Shown piece after piece: positions 42,111 through 56,601 of a stretch of 64,000 nucleotides of DNA. Numbering within the stretch: the stretch's first letter is position 1; every line of letters starts with the position of its first letter. Made by a program: the position numbers and the translations under genes. Source of the DNA: the human T2T-CHM13v2.0 reference genome, Homo sapiens. The stretch lies in NCBI RefSeq assembly GCF_009914755.1, contig NC_060936.1; one strand, written 5' to 3'. The notes beneath the pieces are model-generated. The model saw only the letters and a program-made list of their open reading frames with translations. It ran no database searches and was not told the origin of the DNA.

Positions 42111-45100
42111 GTTGTTGAAAGAGCTAATCTAGGCTGTCAGCACTTATCTCTGCTGGAAAACCTATGAATTGTTTTTACATTAACCATGGTTATTTCCATG
42201 TTGACAAATGAAAGTTTACTACTTGCAATTCCAAATTGCAGATAGTGTGTTTTTCATATATGTTTTTATTCTCCCCCCTTTTTTTCTCCTTTTTTCTCTT
42301 TTTCTCTCTTGCTCTCTTTTCTTCCTTTCTTCTTTTTTTCTGGACTCAGACCTTAAACTTCATGTTCCACATAGGAACAATGTCTTAATGCTCTTTCTTC
42401 TTGATTTATTATCTACCTGAAATTTGTGTTCTCTTGCAATTTATGTATCCTTACGACCCACCTTAAGGTCTTTTGGAAACAAGGTAAACTTTTTAAAAAT
42501 ACATACATGTATATGTGTGTGTGTATATGTATATGTAATATAGAAAGGTAGTAGGTTTCTGGGTTAGTTCACATACTCATATTTAACTTATAAAGCATCG
42601 GTGTAGATTCAACTACATTTTCAATTTTTTGTAATGTTTTGTATGGGAATATATTTTAAATTTCAATTTAAACATATATTTTTCAGCAGGAAGAGACTCT
42701 AGAGGCTTTCTGAGAAAAATTTTGTTTCTATAGTCATATTACCCATTGGTTCAGCTATGAGAAAGTTTAGGAGAACAATTTCTTACTGAACAATCACAGC
42801 TTTTGTTGGTGATTTGTTGGTGATACCACCAGCAAATTAGCTTCCATTTTAATGTTTTAATTGAAAGTGGAACTGGACTGAATTGAGCTTGAACATTTCT
42901 GTGGTTAGATTATGTGTCACTAATAAATATTTTTTAAATGCAAAAATGTTTACATTTTTGCAAATTCTACATGTCTACTGTTCTATGTAATCCATTTCCC
43001 AAAATGATAGCAGGCATATTTTGAGAAACATGAGGCAATAGAATAAATAAGGAGAAATAATTCTCATTTCTATCTCCAGTTAATAGCGGTTTTCTGCAAG
43101 TCACTAGACCTCTCTTGACCTCTGACATTACAGTTATGAAATGTTTAAGAGTTGAACTAAATACTGTAAGATTCCTTTTATCTTTTATATTCTCTAAATC
43201 TAGGATTACTTTAATGCAGTTTACTAGTTAGACAATTTGGGTTTGATATATTTAATTTGGGACAGCTGTTTTAATTTGATGGACACATTTGTAAACTAGA
43301 TATGCAAGAGTGAGTGACTCCCTTTTTTTGAATCTTTAATCATTTGAATATTTAGACTGTATTATATGACTATCAATACATATAGAACTATAACTGTAGT
43401 CAAACCAGATCAGCATTTTTGTAACAGGGAGTTTTTGCTGGTAATAGTTTTATTTTGCTAGTATAAGGAAACAACTTCTATTTCCTTGGCTTTTATTTAC
43501 TTGTTCACTTTCATAATTGGCTCTGGATACTTTATAATTTTATGATTAAGCTACAGTGGTTTTAGATGTTATATGCTAAGAACTGTTGAAATTTCTTGGT
43601 GATTTTCAGTGTAAATTCCATCTTCTAATGTTGGAATTTCTACTTGAACTCTTGAAATCTGGTGAAACCAATTCTATTTATTGGTTTTGCATTTAGGTAT
43701 ATTGGAGTTGGTTTTGAGAAGAGCCAACATCCTCCTTGATGAGTGACGTTACAGGGAACTCAAACAAGGGGAATTTACTTTTTCAGAGACAAGAAAAGCT
43801 ACCACGGTGGCTCAGTGAAATTTAGACCTTCAAGTCCTGCATTCCGATTCTTCATCCTACACTTTCCTTGTCAATACCCTAACTCTCACATAAAAGATCT
43901 AATAAATCCATGAAATTTACTTGAGTTGTAATTTTGCCACTCAGAATTTTAAATCATAGTTTTCTTTTTGGATACATTGATTCAAAGCCTGTAAGAGATA
44001 CATGATTCTTTTCACATAGTCATAGATCTCTGGTTCCCTGCCAAACCTTCAGCTGAGAATTTAAAGCACTAAGGTTGTTGTTTTGGTTTTTGTAATCTCT
44101 CCAGTCCAGGCAGAAATAGCCAAGCCTCTCAAAGACTTTGTAATTCTCTATTCTGTTATAATGTTCTATTGAAACAGTCATTTGTTTTCCCAGTGCTTAT
44201 TCTTCAGTTTAGGAAACTATCGATGATCATTTAAGAAGCTGTTTTGGCTCTGAAAATGATTAACTATCATGATCCTATCACTCATTATTAATGACATTAC
44301 CTTCTTTAAATCTAATCAAGGCAGGCAAACAATTGTAGATAACCATCTCTGAGGGTCTACAATCACTTCTGGTACATAATTCTGTAACATACTAAAACCC
44401 TTAGTAATATTTCAAGCAGAAAGGGAATTAACATTGGATATAGTCATTTTCTAAAACTGTTGGCAGGGTTATGGAAGTAAAGGTCAGGAAAGCCACTGCC
44501 AGCCTTCCAGAAATAAAGGCATTTGGGTTTCATAGGGAAGTAATACACAAATTCTCAGCTGCCTAGAGTACACCTGAAAGCCACTGGTAATACTTTACCC
44601 CTGCCTTCTGACAAAGCCCACATGCCTGCTCTCTGCTATCTGAGCAGTGACAACTCCTCCTTCTTTACTGCTATCCATATCTTTTATGTGTGCTTTTCAT
44701 TTTGCAGAACATAAAGTTGAACCTAACTAGCAAAGGATTCTTGGAAATGTAGCATTCAAGCTTCTAACCCATACAGTGCACAAGAGTGTAGATGGCAGGG
44801 GAAGTGGTGGTGAATGGCTAACCGTCTGACACATTTGATCCATAAATGTCTTTGTCCTATTGATTAAATATTATTTGCATTATTTTTACTTGTTTTTTTT
44901 TTTTACCATATGGAGATTTAAAAAGTATTAACTCCTTTATTCATCTCTTCCTTAATATTGTATTAAGACCATATGATACTTCTCTAGCTAGAGCAGAGAA
45001 TGTTCTCAGCTGATTTCAACAATTTTACCAGGACATATGATGAGAGATATAAGGAAATCAAATCAACAATTACCACATTTTACTAACCTCATAACTTCAA

Positions 45101-48100
45101 TCCAGTTGCTTGTGGTCTGTAATGTCCAATTTTCTCTTTGAATGAGTTGATTTGATTATATCAGGATGAATCAGTACCAGTAATATATAAAATTTGTAAA
45201 TTTCTAAAGTGATTACTCATAAAATAAGGATCTGGAAAAAAGACGGGAGTTTACTACTGTGAATAATTGTTTTGCTTTTTGATTAACTTACGAATTTAGC
45301 CTTTGGTTTGCATAATCACAACTGTAGGATCCTCATTCCTACCTCCCCAGGTGGGCCAATCCTCTTGGGATAAGTTAAAGTACAGCAGCAGTTTGCCTAA
45401 ATTGCTTTTGATTTAAGACCACCTCTATACAGGACATCTGGAAAGCAAGATTATGTGTTCTCCCAACCCAGGACTTTCTCCTAGCAATAATTCCAAAGAG
45501 TAATGATGACTAAGAAAACATCTGCATAATACATGACCTATTGCAACTTAAGCAGAGTCAGTGAGAAATGCAATAGGCAGGTTGGCAATAACCAGAAACT
45601 GTCTCTTGCACAGAAGCTCAAGTTACACTTTTTAAATATAATATCATTCTTATCTTTAGCACCTCATTTTTGTTTGTGGTATACACATCTCCAAATTCCT
45701 TCCTAGGTCATTTGTAAGGACAAGCTAGCAAGATCACTCATGGGTTTCATGCCTATTTAATATTTATACTATTGGAATCTGGTTTTGTCATTAAAATGTT
45801 GCAAATGTAAGTAGAGTCCTTACTAGTGTAACATTGGGGTGGAATATATGCAGTGCAAACCCACTTCTATCCTCTCTTCCTCTTGGACAGACTTTAGGAC
45901 CCAGTGTTGTTGAATTTCCCTTTCTGTGTGGTACCTGGAGTATAAATATACTGCAATTTTGCCCTCATTTTTTTGTCTGTCTCTGTAGAAGTTCTTAGTG
46001 ATTTCACATATCTCCCTGAAATATTCCCTTCTCCTATAAATAAATATTTTATCTAAATTCCTTCTGTAATAAAAATTTCTCACCTTACAGCATCTTTTGG
46101 TAATTCTTGCATTGCATCTTTGACTTACAGGGTTCTTAGTGCTTACATACATATACATTACTATTCATCCATATACAACAATGCTTATAGTTAAAATATT
46201 CATTTGATCAATAAATTAGAATCTACTTCTTTAACCTTGTTTTTATAATCTAAGTTCAATAGCTCAAATCCTGATTCTACGTAAGTAGAATAAGTCTTAC
46301 TTTTAAAGTAAGTAATTCAAGTAATTATTCTTTTGGATATATATCTTTACATGACTTGGATTTTTCTTATTTTGTTTTTATGTTTTAATCTCCCTAATTA
46401 CATTTTTTTCAGATTTTTCTGGAAATAAAAATTAAAGCTGTAATTATGAAATCCTCACATAAAATTGATTGGCTAGGTAGCTATTAAAAAAAATTAGTAC
46501 CTGTGCTATGGCTTTTTCTTTCAAACAAAACAATATTGTTTTAATGATTTGAGCCTAGTAGTACCATTCTTCATGTTGTTATGAGTCAACACCAGGGTAT
46601 TGAAATTATAAAGAAAGATCATTATTAAGCTTGATATAAACTCAAAGCCTAAAATCCCTGTCAGAAATTGAGTCACCTTCCTGCTCAAGCAGTGAGGGTA
46701 ATTCACCATCATCTAAAATATGGTTGAATAAAGAAAGATTTATCTTGATTAGTATTTAACTGCTCTTTTCCATAAGGTAACCTACAACAAGATGTTTGGC
46801 TCCAATTATCAGGGTGGAAATTGCTTATGCAAATCAATGTAAGGCAATGAGGTGTGGATAAAAAGCAAAAAGGAAATATCATTATTATTGGTTTGTGCTC
46901 ATAAAATTCTGATAGCCTGAAGGTAATGACAGGCACAAAGCCATAGGGATTATTAGTAGCAACAACATACTCAATAACTTGTGTTCCAATGTGGTGTTAT
47001 GTGGTAACATGTCTATGCAGGATTTTTAGTTGAAAACTGCAGGCTTACATTTGTGAGAGAGTGTTTTGTCCCTTACATGTAGGTTTTCAGATAAGTAAAA
47101 AGTCAGAAAATCATAGAGGAGCAGAGACAGTATGTCAAAGTTAATTTTCTTTCTGAAGAGATAATATTGTGTTTTTATCCAGATGGCAGCTGAATCATAC
47201 TCAATCTAAAATGAATGACCATAGAAGCTTTTGCTCAAATGTCTCCTAGTTTTGCTTAAAATGCTGTGCAGTTTTAGATATGCTATCGGTAAAAAGGTTA
47301 ATAACTTGAAAATAATTTGATGTGTTCAATGTCATATGATAATAATGTTATCATTACTAATTTTTTAATTATTGGATTTGACTTAATTGGCATTTAATTT
47401 ATTAATGACCTAACTATAACGGAAAATTAATGAGCATGTTATAGAGAAAGAAATATTTAAGTTTGAGAAAAGATTTGATGGATTTCAGAATTAAAAATTC
47501 CATCTTTAATACAAACAAATACTTTAAAAAAAGTAAATAGCATTCTGTATTCATATTTCTGGATCAGAGAGAAATAACTTTTATTCATCAATTTTTAAAA
47601 TATATAGCCACTGATTGAATCTTTATTATTTTGCTTCTAATTTAAAGGTTGTTAACCGACCAATGTGGCTATATAATATTAACTAAAAAACTCGTATTTT
47701 TAGAGATATATATCTCTATTTAATAATCCTGCAGGCATTTGTCTAGCTCAACAGGAGGCCTCATAAATTTATATTTATTGGTTATCTTTTATCTATTAGT
47801 TAAGGGCTCAAGATGTATTACATATTAGCTAATCGGGTTGATATTATAAAATGACTTTTTGGTTATTTAAATGTATCTATGAAATTATTAGACATATTTA
47901 GTTGATGTATGGATGTATCTGTATGTTAGTATGTGTAAATCTGTAATTACAGATGCCAGTCTGTAATTATGCCAATTACAGATGCCGATTACAGATGCCA
48001 ATCTGTAATTATGGACATACCTGCTAAAAACTGTCTCTGACTCTTTGTACACATTGCCATTTGGTTAAAGTGCTAGTTCAGTAGTACAATAAACTTGCCT

Positions 48101-49334
48101 TACAGGCATTTTTCTGTAACCTACTTAGCTTCTGCATCAGCAGTTTTCTTTCTTTTCCTTTTAAAATTTATTTTTCTTTTTATTTTATGTTCTATTTTTG
48201 GAAAGTGCATGTAATAGCCTAGAACTATATATTTGGAAAGGTTACAAAAAATTCCTCCTAATTTAAAAATATTTCTCCTCATTTACTAATATTTTTATAA
48301 TTGCTTGACATGATTCTGTTACATAGCTTAGTTTAATACTAGTAATATGACGTAGGGGTACCATAATATATTTCGCTTTGTCCATGTTTGTGAGCATTTA
48401 CTTTGGTGTCTAATTTTTGTTAAATAACACTCTAATAATCTTTACATTGTTGATTTTTTCCATTATATTTTCAACTATCTCTTCATATATATTTTTAGGA
48501 GCATAGTATCAATATTTTCTCCAAAATATTAAACTAGTGTATAATGCTAGAAGTTTGAAAGTTCTCTGTTTATACTACACTAAGTAAACAGGATTCTTAT
48601 AAATTTTCAAAATAAATTTCTTACTAATTTAGCAAGTAAAAAACTTTTTCCATTATTTCAGTGTATACATTATATCATAAATGAGACTATGAAATATTTT
48701 AATACATTCTCTGCTTGCATTTCACTCTTTTCATTTATTCTTTTATAACATTTATCCATGTGTCTTATGCATTAAAATTGAGGTCTTATTCTCTTTTTAG
48801 TAACTTTATATAGTTATAAAATAAAAGTAACAAACTATAACATATTTACTACAAACTATTTTTCCTCTATATTTAATATGTCAAAATTATTGTTATGAAA
48901 AAATACGTTACAAATTAGTGGCTTAGGAGTGTTGCAAAGACTTAAGTTACATGTTTTGAACCTGGTTTACAAAAGATTCATATGCATCCAAAATTCTCTT
49001 TTGGTCTACCTCTGTATTTTTGTTTATGGAAGAGAGAGCTTCATGTTAGCATGGCACACAAAGAAATGGTAGTACCCATTTGTTACACTGAATCTAATTT
49101 TCTTTTCCAATCGGTCTCCTGTATTCACCTTCTCTCTTCTGCTCAAGGTTTCTCCCTATGATTATTTTACTGATCATTTTCTTTTCCATTTAAGAACAAT
49201 AACACATATAAGTGTTAAAAAGTCATTTCTTAATGTTTTGTGCTAACAAAACAAAATTATAATTTATCTTCCTGTACCAGCTTTGCTTAGTTTTGTATAT
49301 ACAGTTCACATACCCCACCATTTGACATGTCCAG

Positions 49335-50470
49335 TCATTCATTTATTCCACATGTATTTATTATGCATCTAGTCTATGTCAGACATCATGATAAGTACCA
49401 AGTATTCAGGGCATGGTCCTGAATACACAGCGGATATGGTCCCTGTTCTCATGAATCATGTAACAGGATAAAGGGGACACACGATAGATAGGAAAAAACA
49501 AATAAATATATTTTTTTGCTCAATGTGAAAAAAATGCTAGGAAGCAAAAAATAGGATGCTGTGAGAAAGCATAGTGAGTGGGTGGTTGGAGCAACTCTAG
49601 ATCGGGTGTTTAGGGAATCCTTCTTGAGAAGACGGTAGGTATGCTGAGGTCTGAAGGAAGAAAGACGGGGGTCAGGGAGATTCCAAGAAGAGGGAGGAGC
49701 CCTACAAAGGGTTAAGACAAGAACTGAGCATGTTTTAGGAAAAGAAAGAAACTGGTGGATGAGTAGAGTTAGTAAGAACAAGAGGTAGGTGAGGTGAGCA
49801 GCAGCCAACCATGCATTGCCCAATAGTCTGTGCTAAGAAGATTCCATATTATTCCAAGTGCTGTATTAAACGGTTTTAAACTGGATATGACATGGCTCTA
49901 TTTACATACAGAACAGTTCTCTGGCTAATTGTAATAATACCCTGGGATTGGGGCAGTCAGCATACCAAGAAAGGGATTGGGCAAAAAAAGTGAGGAGGAT
50001 ATTTTTATATTCAGGTAAGAGATTATCAAGGCTTAAATGGTTCATAGAAATAGAGACATAGATGGATCTGAAATGTTTTTTAATGGTCGAATACAATGGG
50101 CCTAGGGATAAATTCGGTGAAGAGAGTGGTATGCGAGATGAGGAAGAGAATGTAATCAAGAATGATTCTGAGGTTTCTGGGATGAGGACCTGGAAACACG
50201 CCTTGAACAACTGTAACAACTGGAGGTTAAGAGAAAAGGAGGAGCCCATGGAGGTGACTGAGATGGAACAGCTAGAGAGGCAGGCAGAGTACCAAGGGAA
50301 TCGTGTCACAAATGCTTAGAGAAGAGCTTGTTTCAAGAACAAGAAAGTGGCCAACAATGTTAAATGGAGTAACAAGGTGGAGAAGGGTAACGACTGTAAA
50401 CTGTTCCTTTTGGTAGCCTGTAAATTCATTGATTTCAGTGGAGTAGGTTAAAGAGTGAATGGGAATGTGG
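49335..50470 (-). mobile_element. L2 fragment
   Basis: Begins cattcatttatt...tatttattatgcatctagtctatgtcagacatc; purine-rich L2 antisense body (aatcaagaatgattctgaggtttctgg). Confidence 0.65.
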
Positions 50471-51531
50471 AAATGGAAACAGAGTATGTAGAATAAAATT
50501 AAACAAATTTTTCAAGGAAGGAGATAAGAAAAACAGGGTCAGTTGTTAGAGGGGGATAAAGGCTAAGGAAGATTTTTGTTTTATTTTTAAAGATTAGAGG
50601 GAGCTGTAATGGTTTTAAGCTGGCAGAGAAAGGAGATGATAATGTTGGAGAAGTGAGAAATAACTCCAGGACCTTGCTCATTGAGAAGGTGAGGCACTTG
50701 TCTTTAATAGGAGACTTATCTCCAGTAAATTTGGAAAGCTGGCAATGGGGAAATCAGAGAAATCCTTTCTGATGATTTATATTTTTTCAGTGTTTTTTGA
50801 GAGAAGGTCAGTAGCTGAATGAAAGTGAGATGAGAGTGGGAAGTGGAGAAATTTGAAAATAGAGAATTCAAAGAGTAGAAAGGTACTTTCTGACAGTTTT
50901 GAGTTTCTATTTGTATTTGGTGATTATGAATTTATCATAAGCTCAGCTTTTCAATGGCATGATTTTCTTCTGTGATATTCAGCTGTATGATTACAGGTTT
51001 AGAGAAGATAAATACTTGGATTCCTCCAGGATTGGGATTTTTGCCAAGCTACTATAATTGAAGAACAGTACAACAAAAAAGATGAGGCTTTTTTCTAGGA
51101 TTTGATTAAGATGATCTATGAAATCTAATCTGGATACTCAGGGAAGAGAAGACAGGAAGAATCTGATAGACAAATAACCCACCATTAATAATAATAACAG
51201 TAAGATTAGTGTCTTTATTGCATTAGTGCCAGCTTGGGTAAGTCTCTTTTGTGCTGAGTCGAATTAGTGTGCCCATTCCATGAACTGCCCATCAGGGGTC
51301 TTGTCATCTCAGTAGAGCTCAGTGAAAGACAGGCTGCTAGACCCCACAACTTGGAAGAACTGTCCAAAACCCATTACTTTCCTGTATTTGGAAGGAAGTC
51401 TTCTAAGCAGCTTTCCAGAAGCCTAAAGGAAGCTTTGTTCTTAATTTTTCTTTTCTTTTTCTACCGCTCCACCACACCCCCCACCCCACCCAGGCAATTT
51501 CCTCCTTCAGGTTAGTACATATAATTTTCTT

Positions 51532-51888
51532 TTCTTTCCTTTCCTTTCGTCTCCTCTCCTCTCCTCTTCTCTGTTCTTTTCTTTTCCTTCTTTTTTTTTT
51601 TTTTTTTATTTGGAGTTTCGCTCTTGTCACCCAGGCTGGAGTACAATGGTACAACCTCAACGCACTGCAACTTCTGCCTCCTGGGTTCAAGCCATCTCCT
51701 GCCTCAGCCTCCTGAGTAGCTGGGATTACAGGTGGCTGCCACCTCACCTGGCTAATTTTTGTATTTTTAGTAGAGATGGGGTTTCACCACGTTGGCCAGG
51801 CTGGTCTCGAACTCCTGACCTCAGGTGATTCATGCGCTTCGGCCTCCCAAAGTGCCAGGATTACAGGAGTGAGCCACCGCTCCCGGCC
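51532..51888 (-). mobile_element. Alu, AluSq/Sx-like, with tail expanded into a CT-rich tract
   Basis: Antisense Alu body at about 51610-51888. TSD agt(a/c)catataattttctt at 51514-51531 and 51890-51907 encloses the pyrimidine tract. Confidence 0.92.
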
Positions 51889-53999
51889 AAGTCCATATAA
51901 TTTTCTTATAGTGTTTCTAGAACATTTTGGCTTCTCTTGGAGGGAAGATTGAAGAAGACTTTTGACACCAGCCCTTTTTTTCCCATTTATCTTGCTATTA
52001 AAATAACTGAAGTTTCTTGGATTCTTTATGTGGCTGGTATTTTTCTAAGTCGTTTATTTGTTTTATATCATTTTCTCTGCATACCCTTATCAGGTAAGCA
52101 CTACATTATGTACATTTTTCAGTTGAAGAAATTAAGGTTTAGAGAAAATAGATACTTTATCCAAGATCACATGACTGGTAGGAATCAGCATGGGTTAATA
52201 ACTATACCTAGTTTATATATATCTTCTTTCTCAACTAAATTACATTTCTTCCCAAGTTGTCACCAGCACCGGGGCTGAGAGAGCGAAGAGGTGGGAGAGG
52301 GAACTCTGTGTACATGCCTGCAATCAGTGGGCAACTTGATTTACAAGAAGCAGTCCATTTTTACCAGCCAGGATGTAATTTATCTATTTTGGGAGTGAAT
52401 GGTGATCAAAGCCCTTGATCAGGATATTCAGAAAAAGCAATTCACAAATTTCATTTTTACCAATAGATTCACTTTATGTCTCAGTAATATTTCATACCAG
52501 CAGCAAAAGTGAGAGGTAGAAATATTTTAGAACCCCAGAACTCCTCTATAGACTATGACACTTACATTATTTCACTGACAGGTGTAGGACCCTGTCACCT
52601 TGTTCTGGAATGGCATACAAATCCTACAGTGGAAATATTGTAACTCTGGTCATGTGCCTGCATGTTGAGGAATTGGTGGTATGATCTATAATTACAACAT
52701 AGGAGATATTTGAAAACAAAAGTGATGTGAGAAGATGCCATTGTCTGTAATTTAAAGCAAACAAGCAAGAAAAACTTTCATGAGCTGGCAGGTTGTTTTG
52801 ATTTACAATGTTGTGATGTTCTACTACATTTAGCAGCCACTTATAAAAATATACTTATTCTTACAAAATTTACATTGATTGGGTGGAGTAATGGATTTGT
52901 ATAACATGTAAAATGCCTTTTTTGTTCCTAGCAAACTATCTGAATACTCCCATATCTAAGCAAGCCACTTCTAAAGGTAAATTTAGGGTAAACACATTTA
53001 CAAATTCAGTCAGAATGGTATACAAACCATGAAAACTGACTTTCAACTATCCTTCTTCTATCTCTCCAATAGCTTTCTTTCCTAAATCTGTCATCTCTTT
53101 CTTTCTTTTCATGTCCAGTGGCTTGAACTGCTATACCTCAAAAAGTTTAGTAATGGTTCTTATTATACTGGAGTTATGTCTTGGAAACCTAATATAATTT
53201 AATAATAAAGGTTTCAATAATTATACCTTTTCATCTTTGACTCTTATCTAATAGAATTAAAATATAAACATTATTTTTTAATCTTTGCATAAAGCTTTCT
53301 TAGGGATTTGTTACTCATTTTTACTTAATCTTAAAATTTCCATCAATTTCTAGGTATGAATCCACATAGACACCTTGGTCTATAGTCTAGCTTTCTTTGT
53401 TTAAGTTGGTCATCTGTCACTGTTGTAGTCTCCTTGCTCCTGTTTCTCAAGGTTAGGGAATGTGAAAACATCCTCTGAAGTGCATGGGCCAGGCTTCAAA
53501 TGGGTTTTATTCAACTCTTGTGTGACTTTGCTGTGATCTGATACTTTTAGTCTACTTTTGTTGTTGTTTATGGATCCCTTTAAGATCATCTTACTCTAAT
53601 AATGCACATACTTACAAATGTATAAGCTCAGAACTTACGGTTCTCAGTTCAAAAGCCCCTGCTTTGGAAGCTTTGTTTAAGACAAAAACTGTTGCTTTTT
53701 AAAATGTTTTTGTTGTTGTCACTCTGTCTGCCCCCCAGTCTATAGAATCTTCTGCACTTTATTTCAGTTTTAATCTTTCTCTCCAACATTCTTGTCTGCT
53801 TTTAAAACATAAAAATTAAATATACATGTCTTTCACGCCATATCTACTGTTCATAAGAACAACAAAAGCCTAACTGATGTACTAAATAGAATTTAGTGTT
53901 CTTTAGTTTTTATTTTGTATAAGTTGTAGGCAATAGTTTAATTTCTTACTACGGGTTGCCAAGATAATGTAGAAGTGTCTTCCTTCATTTTGCTTAACC

Positions 54000-54490
54000 C
54001 ATTAGGGTTGTATTATGCAAGCAACAGAAACAAATTCTGGTTAAATCAGGCAGAAAGGAAATTATCTGAAGGATATAGGTAGCCCATTGAATCATTGGGA
54101 AGGATGAAGAACCAGGCTTACAAAATAGAATAAGAACTAAAGTAGACTCAGAAATCAAGAGATGTAGCCAAGGTTATGCCACAGGAGTGAAGGTTTAGCT
54201 GTTCCCATTAGAGTGGCTACCACAGGACCCTCAGTGTCACCATGACAGGCACTACTCTTTTAGGATTCATAGTCCTAGGACGAAGCATCCCCTTGTCTGA
54301 GGCCAGAGCACATGCCCAGGCTTTAGCTGCCAGGCAAAGTGGAGAGGGAATATTTAGTATTTTGTCCCTTCCATTTCAGTAGAGGGAGGCAGAGATTTTG
54401 CCTTCTTCCCAGATTCCATTGTGAGTGATTGCCCCCGTATAAAACTGGTATTTAAATGCTGGAAAGCCAAAAAAATGACAAATGCACACT
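54000..54490 (-). mobile_element. Old MaLR LTR (MLT1J/K/L-like)
   Basis: tgcaagcaacagaaacaaattctggttaa...aaaggaaattatctgaaggatataggtagc is characteristic of antisense MLT1. Confidence 0.55.
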
Positions 54491-54689
54491 ACAAATTTTT
54501 TTGAGGTACAATTATTCTTGATAGAAAGCAACAATATTTCAAACTCTTGCTTCAGCCTTCTTGTCACATCTTCAGAAAAATCAGTGCTTGAATTTACCTA
54601 GCATTTCCAGACTAGTCTTACAACTATAGGACATCCTACTTCCCAGTGTCAATGAGTCCCAGGCTGCTGTACCCTGTCTCACTGGAGAA

Positions 54690-55205
54690 AGCACTATTGG
54701 TGGTGGTCTCCCTATACCTAGTTGTCCTCTCTTTTTTATTAGCTGAATTCTGATTTTTTTCTTTTAAGTTCTCACCCTGTTATAAACAGCCATATTCTTT
54801 AGAGGACTATGTCTTTCCTTGGGTAAAGTTCAAACAATGCCTCCTTAAGATGCAGTAACAGATTCTTGCTAGAGCACATGGTGCAATGTTGACAGATGAC
54901 AAATGTGGGAAATTTGCTGCAGAATTTGAGGGGAAGTTTTCCTGATTCCTTAAAGGAGGTTCTCAGGAAGAAATTCTGTATCTTTCCTCTGTACAATGTC
55001 ACATCTGAATATGATGCTTGGGATTGCTGCTGCCATCTAGCCATGAACCTGAGAAGCTAAATCATAGATGGGGTGGGACCAAAATAATTCCAGAAGAAAG
55101 TGGCTGCAGCTCTGTCCTACCTACTTATGATAGGAAAGAATAAATACTCCTATTTTAAAAGTCATTCTAGGGTGGATGTTTATTACTTGCAGCTAAACAC
55201 ATGTA
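54690..55205 (+). mobile_element. Old LTR (LTR33/MLT1-like)
   Basis: gctgctgccatct...ttacttgcagctaaacacat, a 3' end typical of ancient ERVL/MaLR LTRs. Confidence 0.45.
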
Positions 55206-55700
55206 AATGAATCCATATGGTTTTTATGGAATCATCCCTTTATGTCTCAAGGAGTAAACCATTTATGTGGTTAATCCTCTATCCTAGCATGCTAAAAGAC
55301 TCATTAATAGGAAAGCAATTATTCCATAATTATTTCCATGTAAATCTTAAAAGATAATAGTGCTTTACTTCCTTAACTCACTCTTTACTTTTCCCCTTGT
55401 CTTTATTAGTCCTGTTGGCTTTTACACATGACATGTTATGAAGCACATCACTTGTTAGCAAATGAAATAAAACAAAAATGGTCTCGTATGTAATCATTCA
55501 CAATTTTTGGTGACATTATATGCAATCGCATATATCCATTCAAGTTATATGCCTGACAAGTATATACTGAAATAATGAATTATGTCCTGTATTAATATTT
55601 AAATATGATATTTTGGGGGATCCTGACAGATATAAGTAATCTATGCTTACTGCATTGTCAGTTATCAACAGAAACAAATATTGCAAAAAGAAAGACAAAT

Positions 55701-55803
55701 CACACACACACACACACACATACATGCTCTTATTACTGCATTTTAAATACATATATATGGAGAGAGAGGACAGGGAGAGAGAGGAGAGAGAGAGAGAGAG
55801 AGA
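55701..55803. repeat. (CA)n at 55701-55719 and interrupted (GA)n at 55760-55803
   Basis: Read directly. Confidence 0.9.
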
Positions 55804-55804
55804 A

Positions 55805-56600
55805 AGCACCTATTGTGTACCAGACTGGGCACAAAGATGTTGGTTAAATAGTGGTAAACAAGACTGGCAGGATCATTACTCTCACGGATTTTACAGGCTG
55901 TGTGAACAGTCAAACTAATAAACAGGCACCTATGACACAGTGGGATAAATGCTATTATATAGAACATTGTGTGACAATATAAAAGAGATATTTAACTTAG
56001 GAAGGAGGTTGAAGTGGATGGGGAATGATTCCTGGAGGAAATGCATCAAAATTGAGTCCTGGAAATTGAATTGAATTGAGGTAGGCAAAGGAGAAAAGAA
56101 TATGTAGAGAATTGCATGTGCAGAGAACCAGAAATGAGATAAAATATCCATTAGGCATCTTCAGAAAGCTGAAAGTGGCTAAATTAATGCAGGGAGCAAC
56201 AAGTTAACAAATGGGATTTGAGAAATACAGAGGGACAAGATTATGAGGGCCATTTTTAGGTTATATTAAGGAGTTTGGACTATATTCTGAACATAGCAGG
56301 GATTTATGTGTGTATTTGATCAAAAATATTCTGGCTTTGTGGGAGAGACTAGATGTGAAAGGGACAAATCAGAAGCAAGGGCAGCTGTCATCACCCATGT
56401 AAGATTCTGTAGAGTAGACAAACAGGTAAGGGAAAGTGGGAATCTTGGAGTATATTTAGGTCATGGATTATTAATTGAATATGGTGGAAAGGGTGATCAA
56501 GGCATCAAGATAACCCTTTGCTAGAGGTGGATGAGAAGGTCTTCACTGGAGAAGGGCCACCAAAAGGAGCCAATATAGGGGAGGATAATGAGTTCAGTTT
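55805..56600 (-). mobile_element. L2 fragment
   Basis: agcacctattgtgtaccagactgggc ... ttaaggagtttggactatattctga ... ggcatcaagataac ... gataatgagttcagtttt. Confidence 0.6.
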
Positions 56601-56601
56601 T

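Noticed and set aside
47939-48012. CRISPR-like repeat-spacer array
   Set aside because: No unique spacers or regular period, mammalian context, and no cas genes.
53560-53665. Possible hAT/MER DNA-transposon remnant; also LTR-like text at about 1500-1790 and 44390-44830
   Set aside because: Too decayed to define termini or family confidently by eye.
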